Shown here: piece after piece, positions 35,259-49,937 of the stretch
How the letters are laid out: each line of letters opens with the position of its first letter
Position numbering within the stretch: position 1 is the stretch's first letter
Source of the DNA: Eledone cirrhosa
Lineage: Eukaryota
NCBI GenBank assembly: GCA_964016885.1
Contig: CAXHJY010000011.1
Span: 1-64,000, forward strand
Direction: 5' to 3'
Length of the DNA: 64,000 nucleotides
Position numbers and translations under genes: made by a program
The notes under the pieces: generated by a model
Seen by the model: the letters and a program-made list of their open reading frames with translations, nothing else
The model's database searches: none
What the model was told of the DNA's origin: nothing

Positions 35259-35565
35259 AAATAGAATTGAAAGGCTTAAAATGCGAGGCTTCAACATGAA
35301 TGTCGTCCGATGTCAAAAACACCGCCTCACCAAGAGATTTCTGGAGGTTAACACATGTATAATACATTATTATACATGATTAGATACATATGTATATATA
35401 TTTGACATTTTACTTAAGGATATTTAGCATGTTTTCAATACAAACCATATGAGTATATTCAAAATCTTACACTACATATTGTAAATGGTTGATGTGGAAC
35501 ACCAGGGTTATATTAACAGATCACGTGTGATTATTATATTGTGAGAATGTACGTGATCTTGATTA

Positions 35566-35620
35566 TAAGGCTGATGAGATCTGGCAAGTTTGAAATGGCG
35601 ATTGTTCGCCTCGTAAGCAC
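35566..35620 (+). ncRNA. Degenerate hammerhead-like motif
   Basis: CTGATGA (35571)..GAAA (35592), GGCGA/TCGCC hairpin, GTA; stems I and II poor. Confidence 0.35.
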
Positions 35621-35832
35621 GTAAGATCTCTCACCAGATTAGAGGTTACAGGACACAAAATATATTTTAGAGGAAGGTTATCTGTTCGTAGATAAACACA
35701 TATACATATAAATATGTTTATGATGGTGTGTGAGGGAGAATGATAGTGTGTGTGGGGGTGTGTATGTATATGTGTGTGCGTGTGTGTGTGCCGCTGACGG
35801 AATAATTATTCAATAACGAAGTAGAGTTTAAT

Positions 35833-36165
35833 AATTGTTTCTACTTTTGGCACAAGGCCAACAAATACCCCAGTGTATTACTGGTACTTTATTTATTGAC
35901 CCCGTAAGGATGAAAGCAAAGTTAACGTCGGCGGGATGTGAACTTACACCGTAAAGGGACATAACTCTATGCTAGAAAGCATGGCGTCCGACCCGCCAGC
36001 GATACTGCCAATCCACTGCAGTGTTTAATTATTGTTCCTACATTAGGCACAAGACCAGTACATTACTGGTACTTTAGTTTATCGACCCCGCAAGGATGGA
36101 AGTCAAAGTTAACATCGGCGGGATTTGAACTCAGACTGTAAAGGACCATAACTCTATGCTTCTAA
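35833..36165 (-). mobile_element. Two adjacent SINE family 1 copies
   Basis: Two reverse-complement cores with B-box-like motifs. Confidence 0.85.
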
Positions 36166-36174
36166 GCGATGAGT

Positions 36175-36225
36175 CTTATCTGATGATCCTGTATGTACAC
36201 AGGTGAAACTCTAGAATAACAAGTT
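36175..36225 (+). ncRNA. Hammerhead-like motif
   Basis: TTAT-CTGATGA-T-CCTGT atgtac ACAGG-T-GAAAC-TCTAGA-ATAA; perfect stem II, palindromic stem III, cleavage triplet apparently deleted. Confidence 0.6.
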
Positions 36226-36430
36226 TCATCACTTATCAATAACAAAGAACACATACACACACACACACACACACACATACACACAAACACACACACACAC
36301 ACTTTATAGTTTTGTGTGCGTGGCACAGTACGTTCCTGTACACATTTAAGCACACACACAAAGATATATATATTTGCGCGTTTGTATAGACATGTGATGT
36401 GTATGTGTATATATATATATGTGTGTATAT

Positions 36431-36483
<53 letters not shown>

Positions 36484-36603
36484 GAAGTTTATCCCGGGTT
36501 CAATCGGGGGTATAAGCTCAAGTCTGTTGAAGCCTTTTCTAAATTTACATATATATAAATGTATATATATACACATACATATATACATACATATATACAT
36601 GCA

Positions 36604-36707
<104 letters not shown>

Positions 36708-36829
36708 TACATAAGAAGAAAAATTTAAGTATCCATTCGCAGATTGCTTCTCAAATGTACTTACTACACCATCTAGCTGTTACAGAGAAAATGCGAATCC
36801 TAAAATACAGACTCACAGACACACAGATA

Positions 36830-36915
<86 letters not shown>

Positions 36916-36978
36916 GTATATATAGATAGATAGATATATGTACATAAGTATATAGTTATATGTATGTATATGTGTATG

Positions 36979-37029
<51 letters not shown>

Positions 37030-37303
37030 GTGTGCAGTATTTATACAGTATATTGTTCCACTCCAATGTACTTCCACCATCTCTCTGTTTCACTGATAAT
37101 TCTTCAGAGAATCAACATACCCTCACTGGGACACTGCACTTTCATTCACAACACTATCATGTCTCTCTCTCTATATATATATATATACGTGTGTGTGTTT
37201 GTGTACATATGTATGTGTATGTTGGTGTATGATTTCTAGCGTTGTTGCTTTTGTGAGGCTGGCTGTGTTTTGCCTATATGTTCTAGTGTATATAAGTGCG
37301 TGC

Positions 37304-37338
<35 letters not shown>

Positions 37339-37483
37339 GTGCGTGTGTGTAAAAGGTAAACAGAAATAACAACATAGTCGGTATATATATACATAATGTA
37401 CACATATAAAGGTATCAAAAAATATATATATTTGTGAAAGCATATATATATATATATATATAAGTATATATGTATACATATAC

Positions 37484-37548
<65 letters not shown>

Positions 37549-37652
37549 TATATATACATGTGTGTGTATATATATATAGTGTATTGGTGTGTAACGTTTA
37601 GTTACTGATGGTTCACCAGTTTGAGCACTCAATGTTATACATCTACACATAT

Positions 37653-37697
<45 letters not shown>

Positions 37698-37754
37698 TAT
37701 ATGTGTGTGTGTGTGTGTGCGTGTATGTGCGTGTGTGTATGTGTGTGTTCTTAC

Positions 37755-37875
37755 TGCATGTGTGGCCTTGTAAATCTGTACGAAAGTCCGTACTTAAGGG
37801 ACCAGCGTCTGACGATCTTTTCGTCATGAGACCTGATATGAAGAATCTCATGACACTACAGACGGGGGCAGTAGC
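37755..37875 (-). ncRNA. Decayed hammerhead with tail
   Basis: Minus strand CGT-CTGTAGT-GTCATGAGA/TCTCATGAC (9-bp stem II)-GAAA-AGATC-GTC-AGACG. Confidence 0.5.
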
Positions 37876-38128
37876 GTACATACACACATATACATATACA
37901 CACATACACACACGTACATATACATACACACACACACACACACACATACACACACATACATACACACACATACATATACACATACATATACATACACACA
38001 CATACATATACATATACACCCATACATATACACCCATACATATACACCCATACATATACACCAATACATATACACATACATATACACACATATACATACA
38101 TAAACACACATACTGAATATATATACAT

Positions 38129-38177
<49 letters not shown>

Positions 38178-38199
38178 ATACATATACGTAGACACTGGT

Positions 38200-38233
<34 letters not shown>

Positions 38234-38401
38234 CAAACAGATACATATACAAGTGTTTTGGTGGTTGTTGGTTATGTATATAAATAAATATATATACACA
38301 CACATATATATACATACACATATATTTATATATATATATATATATATGAACGTATTTCTTTTCGTTGTATACTATGAATTTGCATATATATACATATATA
38401 C

Positions 38402-38450
<49 letters not shown>

Positions 38451-38689
38451 ATAATATATATGTATGTATATATGTATGTATATATATTATTAGGAACAAC
38501 TTTAACTGTAGTATTATTTTGTACACACAGATACAGCTACACTTACATATACTCATAGTTTAATATAATATTATATTAATAATAGTTTCTACTTTTGGCA
38601 CAAGGCCAGCAATTATTCCAGTGTATTACTGGTACTTTATGTTATCGACCCCGTAAATATGAAAAGCAAAGTTTTGTTATATTACGAAA

Positions 38690-39335
38690 TTCTTCATTCA
38701 TTTCAGAATAATTTGTAACTTATTATAAAACCATTTTAACAAAACTGTTAATATGTTTATATTTATCTAATAAAACCTTCCATCATAAACGTATGTAAGG
38801 ACCTTTATGTTACTTTCCAAATACCAGCTTAATTGTGAGAAATACCGTTGAATAAATTGAATTTTTTCAAAATTGAATTTTTTCAAAATATTTTGAAAAT
38901 TATAAACAGTATCTCTCATTTGAAATATGGTAATGAACGAGTTAGTGTTTGTATTTATCTAAAACCCTTTCATAATAATCTTATCTAGGGACCGTTCTTA
39001 TGTTACGTTCCAGTTACCAGCTTAATTTTTGTAAATTTAGTTATATTATAAATCCTGTGATTTTTTTTTCAAAATTATTTTTTTCAAAATAATTTCAAAA
39101 TTATAAACAGTATCTCTCATTTGAAATATGCTAATGAACGAGTTGGTGTTTTTATTTATCTAAAAACCTTTCATCATAATTTTATCTAAGAACCTATGTT
39201 AAATTATATTTCTAACACCAGCTTAATAATAGGAAGATTATTTATATTCTAAATTCCTATAAATTCTTGAATATTTGCAGAATAATTTGGAAATAATAAG
39301 CACTGTCTTTCATTAGAAATATGGTAATTTAAGAT
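38690..39335. repeat. Three decayed tandem copies of a unit of about 190 bp (MITE-derived)
   Basis: TATTTATCTAAAACCTT..CATAAT..ACCAGCTTAAT..AAATATGGTAA recurs at about 38760, 38950 and 39150. Confidence 0.7.
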
Positions 39336-39554
39336 TTACAATAGTTTTCTATAGTTAAGCCTGGTGTGGCTTTATGTTGGTTCGGTATCAAAAATATTAT
39401 GTACCAGTGTCAGTTATTGATGTAGAGTCTTACTAATTTCTTTCAATCATAACCCGCCTTTTTAAAAGAAATTTGTCTCGAAAACAACGGGAGATCCCAA
39501 ACCACCCGTTTCGTAAAGGAAATTATTTCTGTTATAATTTTTGACAAGAGTAAG

Positions 39555-40160
39555 AGTAGTGAACCGTCTGACTCGGTCGAGCGTCGGGTAGAATGATTTG
39601 CGGCATTTAGTTGCGACTTTCTACCATCCGAGTTCAAACCCCGCCAAGGTTTTTTTATCCATTCATCCTTACAAGGTTGATTATACAAAATACCTGTAAA
39701 GTACTAGGGGTTAATTAAATCGACTTTCTCTATCTCCACAGTAAGAAGCCATTATATTTGACCAGAACATTGGATAAAATGTTTCACATCATTTAGTTGC
39801 GTCCCTTACGTCCTATGTTCTAATTCCACCAAGGTTAGCTCTCCTTTTCATCCTTCCGGGGTTGATAAAATAAAGTACCAGTAATACACTGGAGTCGATT
39901 TAATCTACTTTCCCCTTACCCGAAATTGTTGGCCTTGTGTCTAAATCAGAAACCAATATTTCTTCCAGCTCTTTACGTTCAAAGTTCAAATCCTACTGAG
40001 CCCAAATTCGCCTTTTTTCATTCCCGGATCGATAAAATAAAGTACCAGTAATGCACTGTGTGATTTGATCGACTCCCGCTCCAGTTAACTACTACAGTCG
40101 ATGAAATCGACTTTGCCTCTCCCTAAAAATTACTAGAGTTGAGCTGATTTGGAGAGAATT
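39555..40160 (+). mobile_element. Cluster of three diverged SINE family 1 copies
   Basis: Three GTTCAAA/GTTCTAA boxes, each followed by the core (most decayed in the first copy). Confidence 0.75.
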
Positions 40161-40684
40161 ATTTCTAGCTAGTATCTGGGAGATGTGAGGTTCGATTCCT
40201 CATAGCAGCCAACGGCAACTTCTTTTTCCGTCTTTTAAGGGTCTTCATCCTATTTCATAAGCTATCTTATAACAACTCTGCGCCTGAGCACACATCATCT
40301 TTTATATTAATTATTTTAACCCTTTAGCATTTAAACAGGCCATATCCGGCCAGAATTCTCTCACCTTTTTCTGTTCAAACTGGCTGTAACTGGCCACTCA
40401 TACTGAAGTTAAGGTATTGTTCTCAAAATAAATAATATCAAAATCTCATAGATTCGATATTATGTGAAATAATTCTGTGAGATACCGTGAAAATACTATT
40501 GTATTTTAAATATTTAAATATTTAAATATAGAATAATGTAAATGGTAAAAAGTTGGGATTTTACAACACGGCAACTATAACATTTTTTTAATTTTGGATT
40601 TGTTTCTTTTAATATAAAATCGACAAGTTTTAATTTTTTGTAGAAATATTTACAATAAACATCAAATAATATAATAACGATAAT

Positions 40685-40860
40685 AATTGTTTCTACTTTT
40701 GACACAAGGCCAGCAATTACCCCTAGTGCATTACTGGTACTTTATTTTATCGACTCCGTAAGGATGAAAGGCAAAGTTAACTCCGGCGGCGTTTGAACTC
40801 AGAGCGTAAAGGGTCATAACTCTATACTGCAAAGCATGGCGTCCGACCCTCTACCGATTC
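40685..40860 (-). mobile_element. SINE family 1
   Basis: Reverse complement of the 25705 copy. Confidence 0.88.
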
Positions 40861-41163
40861 GTAATTTCAGGGGTGACCTTTTTTAATATTTACGTGGAGC
40901 TCCCTAAGTGTGGTGACCCCCACCAACTGCGCGAATGACGAGATTAAGAAAATGTAGAAATTTTATCAGCTTCCACCGATTGCTCCATCAATGTCTGCGA
41001 CAACTTTCAACCTAGCAGCATCCTTGTTAATTTACCAATGCCAGCCTCTGGTGTCTTACTGTATATTGAACTTCATCTCTTTGTGTCTGTGTGTATATGA
41101 ATGTATGTGTGTGTGTGTGTGCCTCTGTGTGCGTCATGATGTGAGAGTTCGTTTGTCTGGTTG

Positions 41164-41194
<31 letters not shown>

Positions 41195-41400
41195 CATGTA
41201 TATATATATATATATTATATATGTATCATGTATATATATATATATATTATATATGTATCATGTATATATATATATATATTATATATGTATCATGTATATA
41301 TATATATATATTATATATGTATCATGTATATATATATATATATTATATATGTATTTTGTATATATATATATATATATATATATTTTATATATGTATATAT

Positions 41401-41602
41401 GGGAGAAAGTATAACCCCGACGGCAGAGCTCAAGCCGTTTCGACGGCTATTTCTGGACTATTGAGTGCAGAAATAGCCGTCGAAACGGCTTAAGCTCTGC
41501 CGTCGGGAGTCATACTTTCTCCTATTACCCACTCTACTACCCTAAGTATTGAGTACTCTGGTGCGTTATGGTCCATCTGGTTCCTTACCACAACTCCTCC
41601 GT

Positions 41603-41604
<2 letters not shown>
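41401..41604 (+). mobile_element. Family B fold-back element with hammerhead 3' half
   Basis: Arms 41402-41459 / 41464-41522; GCCGTC-GAAAC-GGC..GCC-GTC; 80-bp tail; (TA)n on both sides. Confidence 0.85.
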
Positions 41605-41658
<54 letters not shown>

Positions 41659-41961
41659 CACACATACATATACATAAAAACAAACACCCATCACATAAAT
41701 TGGTATATTATTATTATTATTATGTGGGACTGTGTCTGTGGTAGTAGTGTGTGGTGGTTGTTGTAGTTTAAGATTCAGTCATAATTCTGTCCGATATCTG
41801 GTCATTGTCCCTTCCAACCGTGACCATCCAGATATATGTATACTAGGCTCTACACTGTACAATGTATATATCTGTATTTCATACGTTACTGTGGTGAAAT
41901 CTGAGGTGAATCTGGCTGCTATTTCTAGCAATTAGTGCCGTAGTAGGACCCTCGATTTCAC

Positions 41962-42465
41962 TGGCCTCTATGGTTTGTCCTGCTGCCTGAATACTGGTCG
42001 CTTCGACTGCCACACCGAGCTAAACCTGATCAATAAGCAGACCCTAGTTCGGGTAAATATCCCCTCGGTCCTAGAGATGGCGTCGATGGAAAGACACCAG
42101 GCTGGCTTACTTTTAGTCCCTGGGTAAGAGGTTGATGTCTCATCTGGGACATCACAGTCAGTGACTCTTTTGCTCCCTCCCACATTATGGACGCCGCAGT
42201 AAATATGAGGGCCACCGCTTCCGTAGCTGAGCGGAGTAAGATCCTAAAATACCTGGAACTATCAAATAACTCTGAAGTCTAGCCCACGACATAAGAGACG
42301 TTTGGTAGAGTTGGGCCGCTGGACAGCGATTTCTTGTCATCGTTAGAGACAGGATTTACCGAGGTTTCAGGTGATGCCCGTAAGGGCACCTGGGTTGTTT
42401 CAGCGTCTTAGCCTTGTCATCAACCGCGGTAATGCTTCGAGCGTGTTGGCTTGTCTCGAAATGTT
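41962..42465 (+). mobile_element. CRE-like non-LTR retrotransposon fragment (zinc knuckle plus restriction-like endonuclease), frameshifted
   Basis: GLYGLSC..GR..HTELN, IPSVLE, DGK.P.G, PW..G.CLIWDITVSD, AE.SK..KY, ETFG..GP, GD.R..WLFQRLSLVINRGNA: the ordered REL-domain motif series. Confidence 0.8.
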
Positions 42466-42713
42466 CCGTTGGCCCTTGTGATGTGATGTGGTGTCTTGTG
42501 CGGCCGATTGTCCCATTTGGTGGTGAATTGAGGGTCGCTTTCGTTAGTTTCTTTTTTTCTTTACTTTTATTTTCTCTCGCTTTGAGAGAATGTTTGTGCA
42601 CTGTATTTATTATAAGTATTTTTCTGTGTATATACCGTATTTCCCGGCGCCGATGACGCTACTTTTTTCCTAAAATATATATATATAGTATGTGTGTGTA
42701 TATATGTATTTGC

Positions 42714-42826
<113 letters not shown>

Positions 42827-43171
42827 TATATACATATATATATGAAAATATATATAATATATATATATTTCTATTTATATATATATATTTATATATATAT
42901 ATATATATATATTTATACATATGTATGTATATATATATATATATATATTTATACATATGTATGTATATATATATATATATATATATTTATACATATGTAT
43001 GTATATATATATACATATGTATGTATATATATATATATATTTATACATATGTATGTATATATATATATATTTATACATATGTATGTATATATTTATACAT
43101 TTGTATGTATATATTTATACATTTGTATGTATATATTTATACATATGTATGTATATATATATATACATATG

Positions 43172-43216
<45 letters not shown>

Positions 43217-43217
43217 G

Positions 43218-43266
<49 letters not shown>

Positions 43267-43387
43267 GTATATATATATATAAACATATGTATGTATATAT
43301 ATATGTATATACATATGTGTGTGTGTGTGTGTCTGTATGTGTAAGCAAGCATGTATATGCGTGCATAGATGGATGCTCAATTTTTCC

Positions 43388-43434
<47 letters not shown>

Positions 43435-43885
43435 CTTGTATGTGTGTGTATTTAAATATGTATATATATATATATATATAGATGTAGAGGGAAATTCTGT
43501 GTTTCTGCGGACGAGTAGATTCTGTAAAAAAATATGTGTGCGTGTCTGTATGTTGTATAAAAATAAGTAAGTATATACATATATATATGTGTGTGTATGT
43601 GCGTGCGTATATAATTGTGTAGTAAATGTAATTAGTTTGCCATAGATATTCGTGTATTTAAAGTCTGCCCAAAGACACAGATCTCTCTATGTATACAGAA
43701 ACCGAGATCTATATTCAAGATTAGTGACTTCGAAGTCTTGTCTGTATCCTTGCTAAAGGCTATACAGATAACATATAATATAATGTATAGACACACACAC
43801 ACATATATATATATCTAGAGAGAGATATATACAGGTATATGTATACATGCATATATATATACACCTATATATATATATGTATACA

Positions 43886-43964
<79 letters not shown>

Positions 43965-44100
43965 AAAAAAAAATATATACATATATATATCTAAATATAC
44001 TTATGTGTATACATGCATATATATATATATATATATATATATACTTATGTGTATACATGCATATATATATATATATATATACTTATGTGTATACATGCAT

Positions 44101-44136
<36 letters not shown>

Positions 44137-44155
44137 CTTATGTGTATACATGCAT

Positions 44156-44191
<36 letters not shown>

Positions 44192-44210
44192 CTTATGTGT
44201 ATACATGCAT

Positions 44211-44246
<36 letters not shown>

Positions 44247-44355
44247 CTTATGTGTATGCATGCATATATATATATATATATAACCAAAGATTAATAAGCT
44301 TCGTTGATTACTCAACGAATACAGTTTTACAATAGATTAGAAGCTGGAGGTTGTA

Positions 44356-44690
44356 ATATTATTCAAAATGTTAACAAATGAAAATTATTCGCATAATCAA
44401 AATATTTACTTTATTATACATATTTCAAAGGTACTGTGCTGTTTTTTTCAGTACGTCCTCATCAGACAAAATATATGATTTGATATATGACATACCGCTA
44501 CGGTCTTGATTATTCAATTTCCGTACTGCCAATACGGGAATTGAATAATCAAGACCGTAGCAGTATATCATATATTTTATCTGATGAGGGCGTACTGAAA
44601 AAAAACAGCACAGTACCTTTGAAATATGTATAATAAAGTAAATATTTTGATTATGCGAATAATTTTCATTTGTTAACATTTTGAATAATA

Positions 44691-44691
<1 letters not shown>
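44356..44691. mobile_element. Family D palindrome of about 335 bp carrying two divergent hammerheads
   Basis: Near-perfect inverted repeat with apex at about 44529; CTGATGA at 44581 (+) and TCATCAG at 44459 (-). Confidence 0.88.
44575..44638 (+). ncRNA. Hammerhead ribozyme motif, family D
   Basis: CTGATGA-GGG.GTACTG..CAGTAC.CTTT-GAAATATGTA-TAATAAA; mirror copy at 44410-44471 (-). Confidence 0.7.
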
Positions 44692-44740
<49 letters not shown>

Positions 44741-45012
44741 CTGCTGAAACAGAATTACATCTGCGCATCTAAGCAAACCATATTTTGATGTATATTATAA
44801 ATGAATAATATCTATACATATAAATATATACATACATATATATGTGTATATACATACACGTAGAGACAAACATACACATCAATCTATACATACCTCTCTC
44901 TCTCTCTCTCAATCTCTCTCTCTCTATATATATATATATATTTATATGTATGTATATATATACGCAATTACACACAAACGGAAACATATATAAGTATATA
45001 TATATATATATA

Positions 45013-45072
<60 letters not shown>

Positions 45073-45299
45073 TATATATATATTCATATATATATATATA
45101 TATACATACACTCTTACGAAAATATACATATCTACGCACGAGCACGCACACATATACAAAAAACCACCTAAACATATACACACAAGCTCATACACAGACA
45201 TACACACATATACGCATACACATTCAGCTACGTGCACGCACATGCACAGAAAATACACGCATGCGTACATACCCACGCATACACACACATGAACAGCTA

Positions 45300-45545
45300 T
45301 GAAATTCAGCCCCATCGGACACACCTAACCGCAACCATGATACACCTGGTCTCTCACCGTGGCCCCCACTCCTGAATGCTGGACTACTCGCCTACCACCC
45401 CCAAACCTTCTTAAAAACATTATCCGAACTCCAATGTTGTAGCCTGTACTCTTTCTATCTTCGAAATCTCCATTTCTTGACGAAGGACATACGTCCGAAG
45501 CGCCGAACACTCTTCTACTTCCTTCTAAGCGTCATAGTAATAAGA
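45300..45545 (+). mobile_element. Penelope-like 3' pLTR with minimal hammerhead
   Basis: TTGACGA-A-GGAC atac GTCC-GAAGCGCC at 45477-45504, a mutated CTGACGA..GAAACGTC. Confidence 0.55.
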
Positions 45546-45620
45546 AACACACACACATACACGCACACACACACACACATACATACACACGCACATATGT
45601 ATATATATATATACATATAT

Positions 45621-45955
45621 CTAGGCCGGATAAAATTCCCGAGATCCATGGACGAGTTCTCTCCAGCGGTCTCTGTCCCTCATTATCGCTACCATGTCCT
45701 GCGTCTCCAACAGACCAGTGTCTGTCCTTAGGGCATCAACATACGTTAACCTTGGTCTCCCTCTTCCAGTGTGTCCATGCAGGGGCTCCCACAAGAGCAC
45801 TAAGTGCAGTGTCAACTATGGATGTCGATGAGCAAGTCCAGCTAACCTCAGTCTCCTCTGTGTCACATTTGAGCTGACTTTTGGGAGGCTCCCGTACAGC
45901 TCTGAGTTCTTCATCCTCAGTGTATTCTGATTAATGTTCAGAGCCATCCTCAGCA
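45621..45955 (-). mobile_element. RTE-clade LINE 3' fragment
   Basis: MLRMALNI..ELYGSLPKVS..RRLRLAG..RHP..VLLWEPLHGHTGRGRPRLTYVDAL..MRDRDRWR. Confidence 0.85.
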
Positions 45956-45968
45956 TATATATATATGT

Positions 45969-46099
45969 ATAGGAAAAGAGTCAGGACCCCGACGGCTGAG
46001 CTCCGGCCGTTTCGACAGCTATTACTCACTCTACTACCCTAAGTATCGAGTACTCTGGTTCGTTACGGTCCACCTGGTATCTTACCACACTTTCTTTGT

Positions 46100-46101
<2 letters not shown>
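45969..46101 (+). mobile_element. Family B element: inverted arm joined directly to tail (inner arm deleted)
   Basis: GGACCCCGACGGCTGAGCTCCGGCCGTTTCGAC, then TATTACTCACTCTACTACCCTAAG.. Confidence 0.8.
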
Positions 46102-46150
<49 letters not shown>

Positions 46151-47263
46151 TTTCCTTTTGCCTGCTCCAGCCATCCGGCTGAGGTCATGCTGAGGCATAT
46201 GAGAAGACTAATGGAAAGATTGTGTTCTTGGTCCTCTCTGATTATCGACAGATTGTACCAGCAATGGAAAACCCAACGGAAATACTGTTTCCTTGGTCCG
46301 CTCTAGAGATCGTTAGATTGTATCTGAAATGAAAAGCCCAATGGAAACACTGAGTCCTCGGTCCAATCTGACGATCACCACCTTTACTTTCAAATTTTCC
46401 CGATCTCAATCATAGCTTTTACTTTATCGAGGAAAACGAACAGATGCGAAGAATAACTATTAGGAGGGCGGTGATTGGTGGAATTTGTAAGATAGCGGAG
46501 TCATGTGACATTTAGTTGTCTCCCTTTACATTCTGAGTTCAAATCTCACCGTCGTCAGTGTTTTTATGTTATATTCTCCCCGAGAGTCAATAAAGTAATG
46601 AGTGGACTTTAAAGATGGCGGTTGTGCAGTTATTGACATTTGCCTGTCTTCTTTAACACACACGCATACACACACACACACACACACACACTCACCTATA
46701 AACACGCACGCACCCACATACACACACAAACGCACGCACACTCCCCTACACACTCACATGCAGACACATACACACATACAAGCACACACATACACACCCC
46801 CACACACCTAGACACGCACATAGATCCACACACACCCACACACATCTACACACACACACACACACACACCTAGATACAGACACATACACATACATACACA
46901 TAACACACATATATCTAGACACACACACAAATACACACATGCACACACATAAATACATACACACATACACACACACAGGTACGAGCACAACAAAAAGATG
47001 TCGTCTTGTGTTCATCATAAAAATAATTTGATTAGATGAAAAGTATTTTTTTTCTCTCGATAACAAGATCTATTGATTTGATTAAACCAGTTAGGTTATG
47101 GATAAATTCTGTTAGTTTTTGTTAAATTAACATCGAAATTTAATAAATGATTTCATTTTCAATAAACACCGAATATTGAAAATATATTTTTTTAAATAGA
47201 TTAAATAAAATAATAAATAAATATTATAAATTTTTGGTGTGACATTCATGCCACAGCTATATT

Positions 47264-47323
<60 letters not shown>

Positions 47324-47326
<3 letters not shown>

Positions 47327-47487
47327 GAACGAGTAGGGCCCCGACGGCTGAGTCCAGAATTAGCCGTCGAAACGGCTTGAGCTCAGCCGTCGGGGTCCTA
47401 CTCGTTCATATTACCCACTCTACTACCCTAAGTATTGAGTACTTTCGTGTGTTATGGTCCACCTGGTTCCTTACCACATTTCCTTCG

Positions 47488-47490
<3 letters not shown>
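47324..47490 (+). mobile_element. Family B fold-back element
   Basis: Short inverted arm, then AGAATTAGCCGTC-GAAACGGCTTGAGCTCAGCCGTC-GGGGTCC and tail; (TA)n on both sides. Confidence 0.85.
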
Positions 47491-47558
<68 letters not shown>

Positions 47559-47599
47559 TGTAAATGCATATGTGTGTGTGTGTGTGTGTGTGTGTGAAA

Positions 47600-47735
47600 G
47601 TTATATCACTGAAGCTCATGGATGGTATCCAACTATCTTGTTCAAGACCTATACCTGGGTCTCCTGCCGGTTGGTTTTGTCCGGAAATCTGTCCAGCGAT
47701 TCTTTCCTGAGACATTCTAACCATGTCCATAGTAT
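47600..47735 (-). mobile_element. RTE fragment (same family as 21005 and 58061)
   Basis: Minus strand VRMSQERIAGQI..; homologous to 58110-58240. Confidence 0.75.
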
Positions 47736-48490
47736 CGGCTGTATATCCAATGGTCCGGCTATATATACAATGGTCCGGCTATATATACAATGATCCGGCT
47801 ATATATCCAATGGTCCGGTTATATATCCAATGGTCCGGCTATATATCCAATGTTTCGGCTATAATCCCGGTAGTCTGACTATATATCCAATGGTCCGGCT
47901 ATATATACAATGATCCGGCTATATATCCAATGGTCCGGCTATATATCCAATGGTCCGGCTATATATCCAATGGTCCGGCTATATATCCAATGGTCCGGCT
48001 ATATATCCAATGGTCCGGCTATATATACAATGGTCCGGCTATATATCCAATGGTCCGGCTATATATCCAATGATCCGGCTATATATCCAATGATCCGGCT
48101 ATATATCCAATGGTCCGGCTATATATCCAATGGTCCGGCTATATATCCAATGGTCCGGCTATATATCCAATGGTCCGGCTATATATACAATGATCCGGCT
48201 ATATATCCAATGGTCCGGCTATATATCCAATGGTCCGGCTATATATACAATGATCCGGCTATATATCCAATGATCCGGCTATATATCCAATGGTCCGGCT
48301 ATATATCCAATGGTCCGGCTATATATACAATGGTCCGGCTATATATACAATGGTCCGGCTATGTATCCAATGGTCCGGCTATATATACAATGGTCCGGCT
48401 ATATATACAATGGTCCGGCTATATATCCAATGGTCCGGCTATATATACAATGGTCCGGCTATATATACAATGGTCCGGCTATGTATCCAT
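47736..48490. repeat. 20-bp minisatellite (ATATATCCAATGGTCCGGCT), about 37 copies
   Basis: Seen directly. Confidence 0.97.
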
Positions 48491-48598
48491 TGACCTCTGG
48501 GGTTACATATTTAAAAGTATTTGTAGTTCATCGGATCATTGGCTTTTAATGTTTCTAGAAGAGTTATTACGAGGAAGTCTTTAAAAAATATTAAATAC

Positions 48599-48660
<62 letters not shown>

Positions 48661-48768
48661 ATACATATATATATATATGTGTGCGTGTGTGTGTATATAT
48701 ACATATATAATATATATATATATATGTATGTGTGTGTGTATATATATATATGTATGTATGTGTGTGTA

Positions 48769-48832
<64 letters not shown>

Positions 48833-48943
48833 AGAAGAAAAGATGACGTGGCTCTTAGGAATACGTCTCTTGTGACTTGCTCAATCTCCGAACAGATCAA
48901 TTATAACAGTCAACAGAGATTCACATCCTTACACCGTATCAAC

Positions 48944-48994
<51 letters not shown>

Positions 48995-49007
48995 CATATA
49001 TATATAC

Positions 49008-49224
<217 letters not shown>

Positions 49225-49231
49225 TATATAC

Positions 49232-49491
<260 letters not shown>

Positions 49492-49639
49492 AACTCGGCC
49501 GTTGTATATCGATGTATATGAGTGTTCAACACTCTTCTCAGTTCATGTTTATGGTTTATGCCTTAAATGACACTTTAGTCCAGTTGCTGAGTTACACATG
49601 AAGCCACATTTAGGGTAGATGATGGAATTTTGAGCGGAG

Positions 49640-49937
49640 CATGATGGACTACGATACAGATCACTAGCACCAGTCTCAAAAAACGTTGCCTGCCAACGAA
49701 TGAAACTGGCTGGGCACTGCATCCGTCATCCAGAAGAGATAGCATCACAACTTGTGCTCTGGAAACCGACAGTCGGACGACGAAGTGTGGGAAGACAGGC
49801 GGTCTCATTCATTGATACCCTGCTGAGAGATGCCAACATTGATAACATCGATGAACTGAGAAATGTCATGGTCGACCTGGACGATTGGAGAAAGTGTGCT
49901 GAATCTTTGCGAGTGTAAACTCGGCCGAAGAAGAAGT
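49640..49937 (+). mobile_element. RTE-clade LINE 3' fragment
   Basis: MKLAGHCIRHPEEIASQLVLWKPTVGRRSVGRQAVSFIDTL..MVDLDDWR; GAA-repeat tail. Confidence 0.85.

Noticed and set aside
47910-48584. 224-aa repetitive ORF
   Set aside because: Product of a stop-free 20-bp minisatellite, open in several frames
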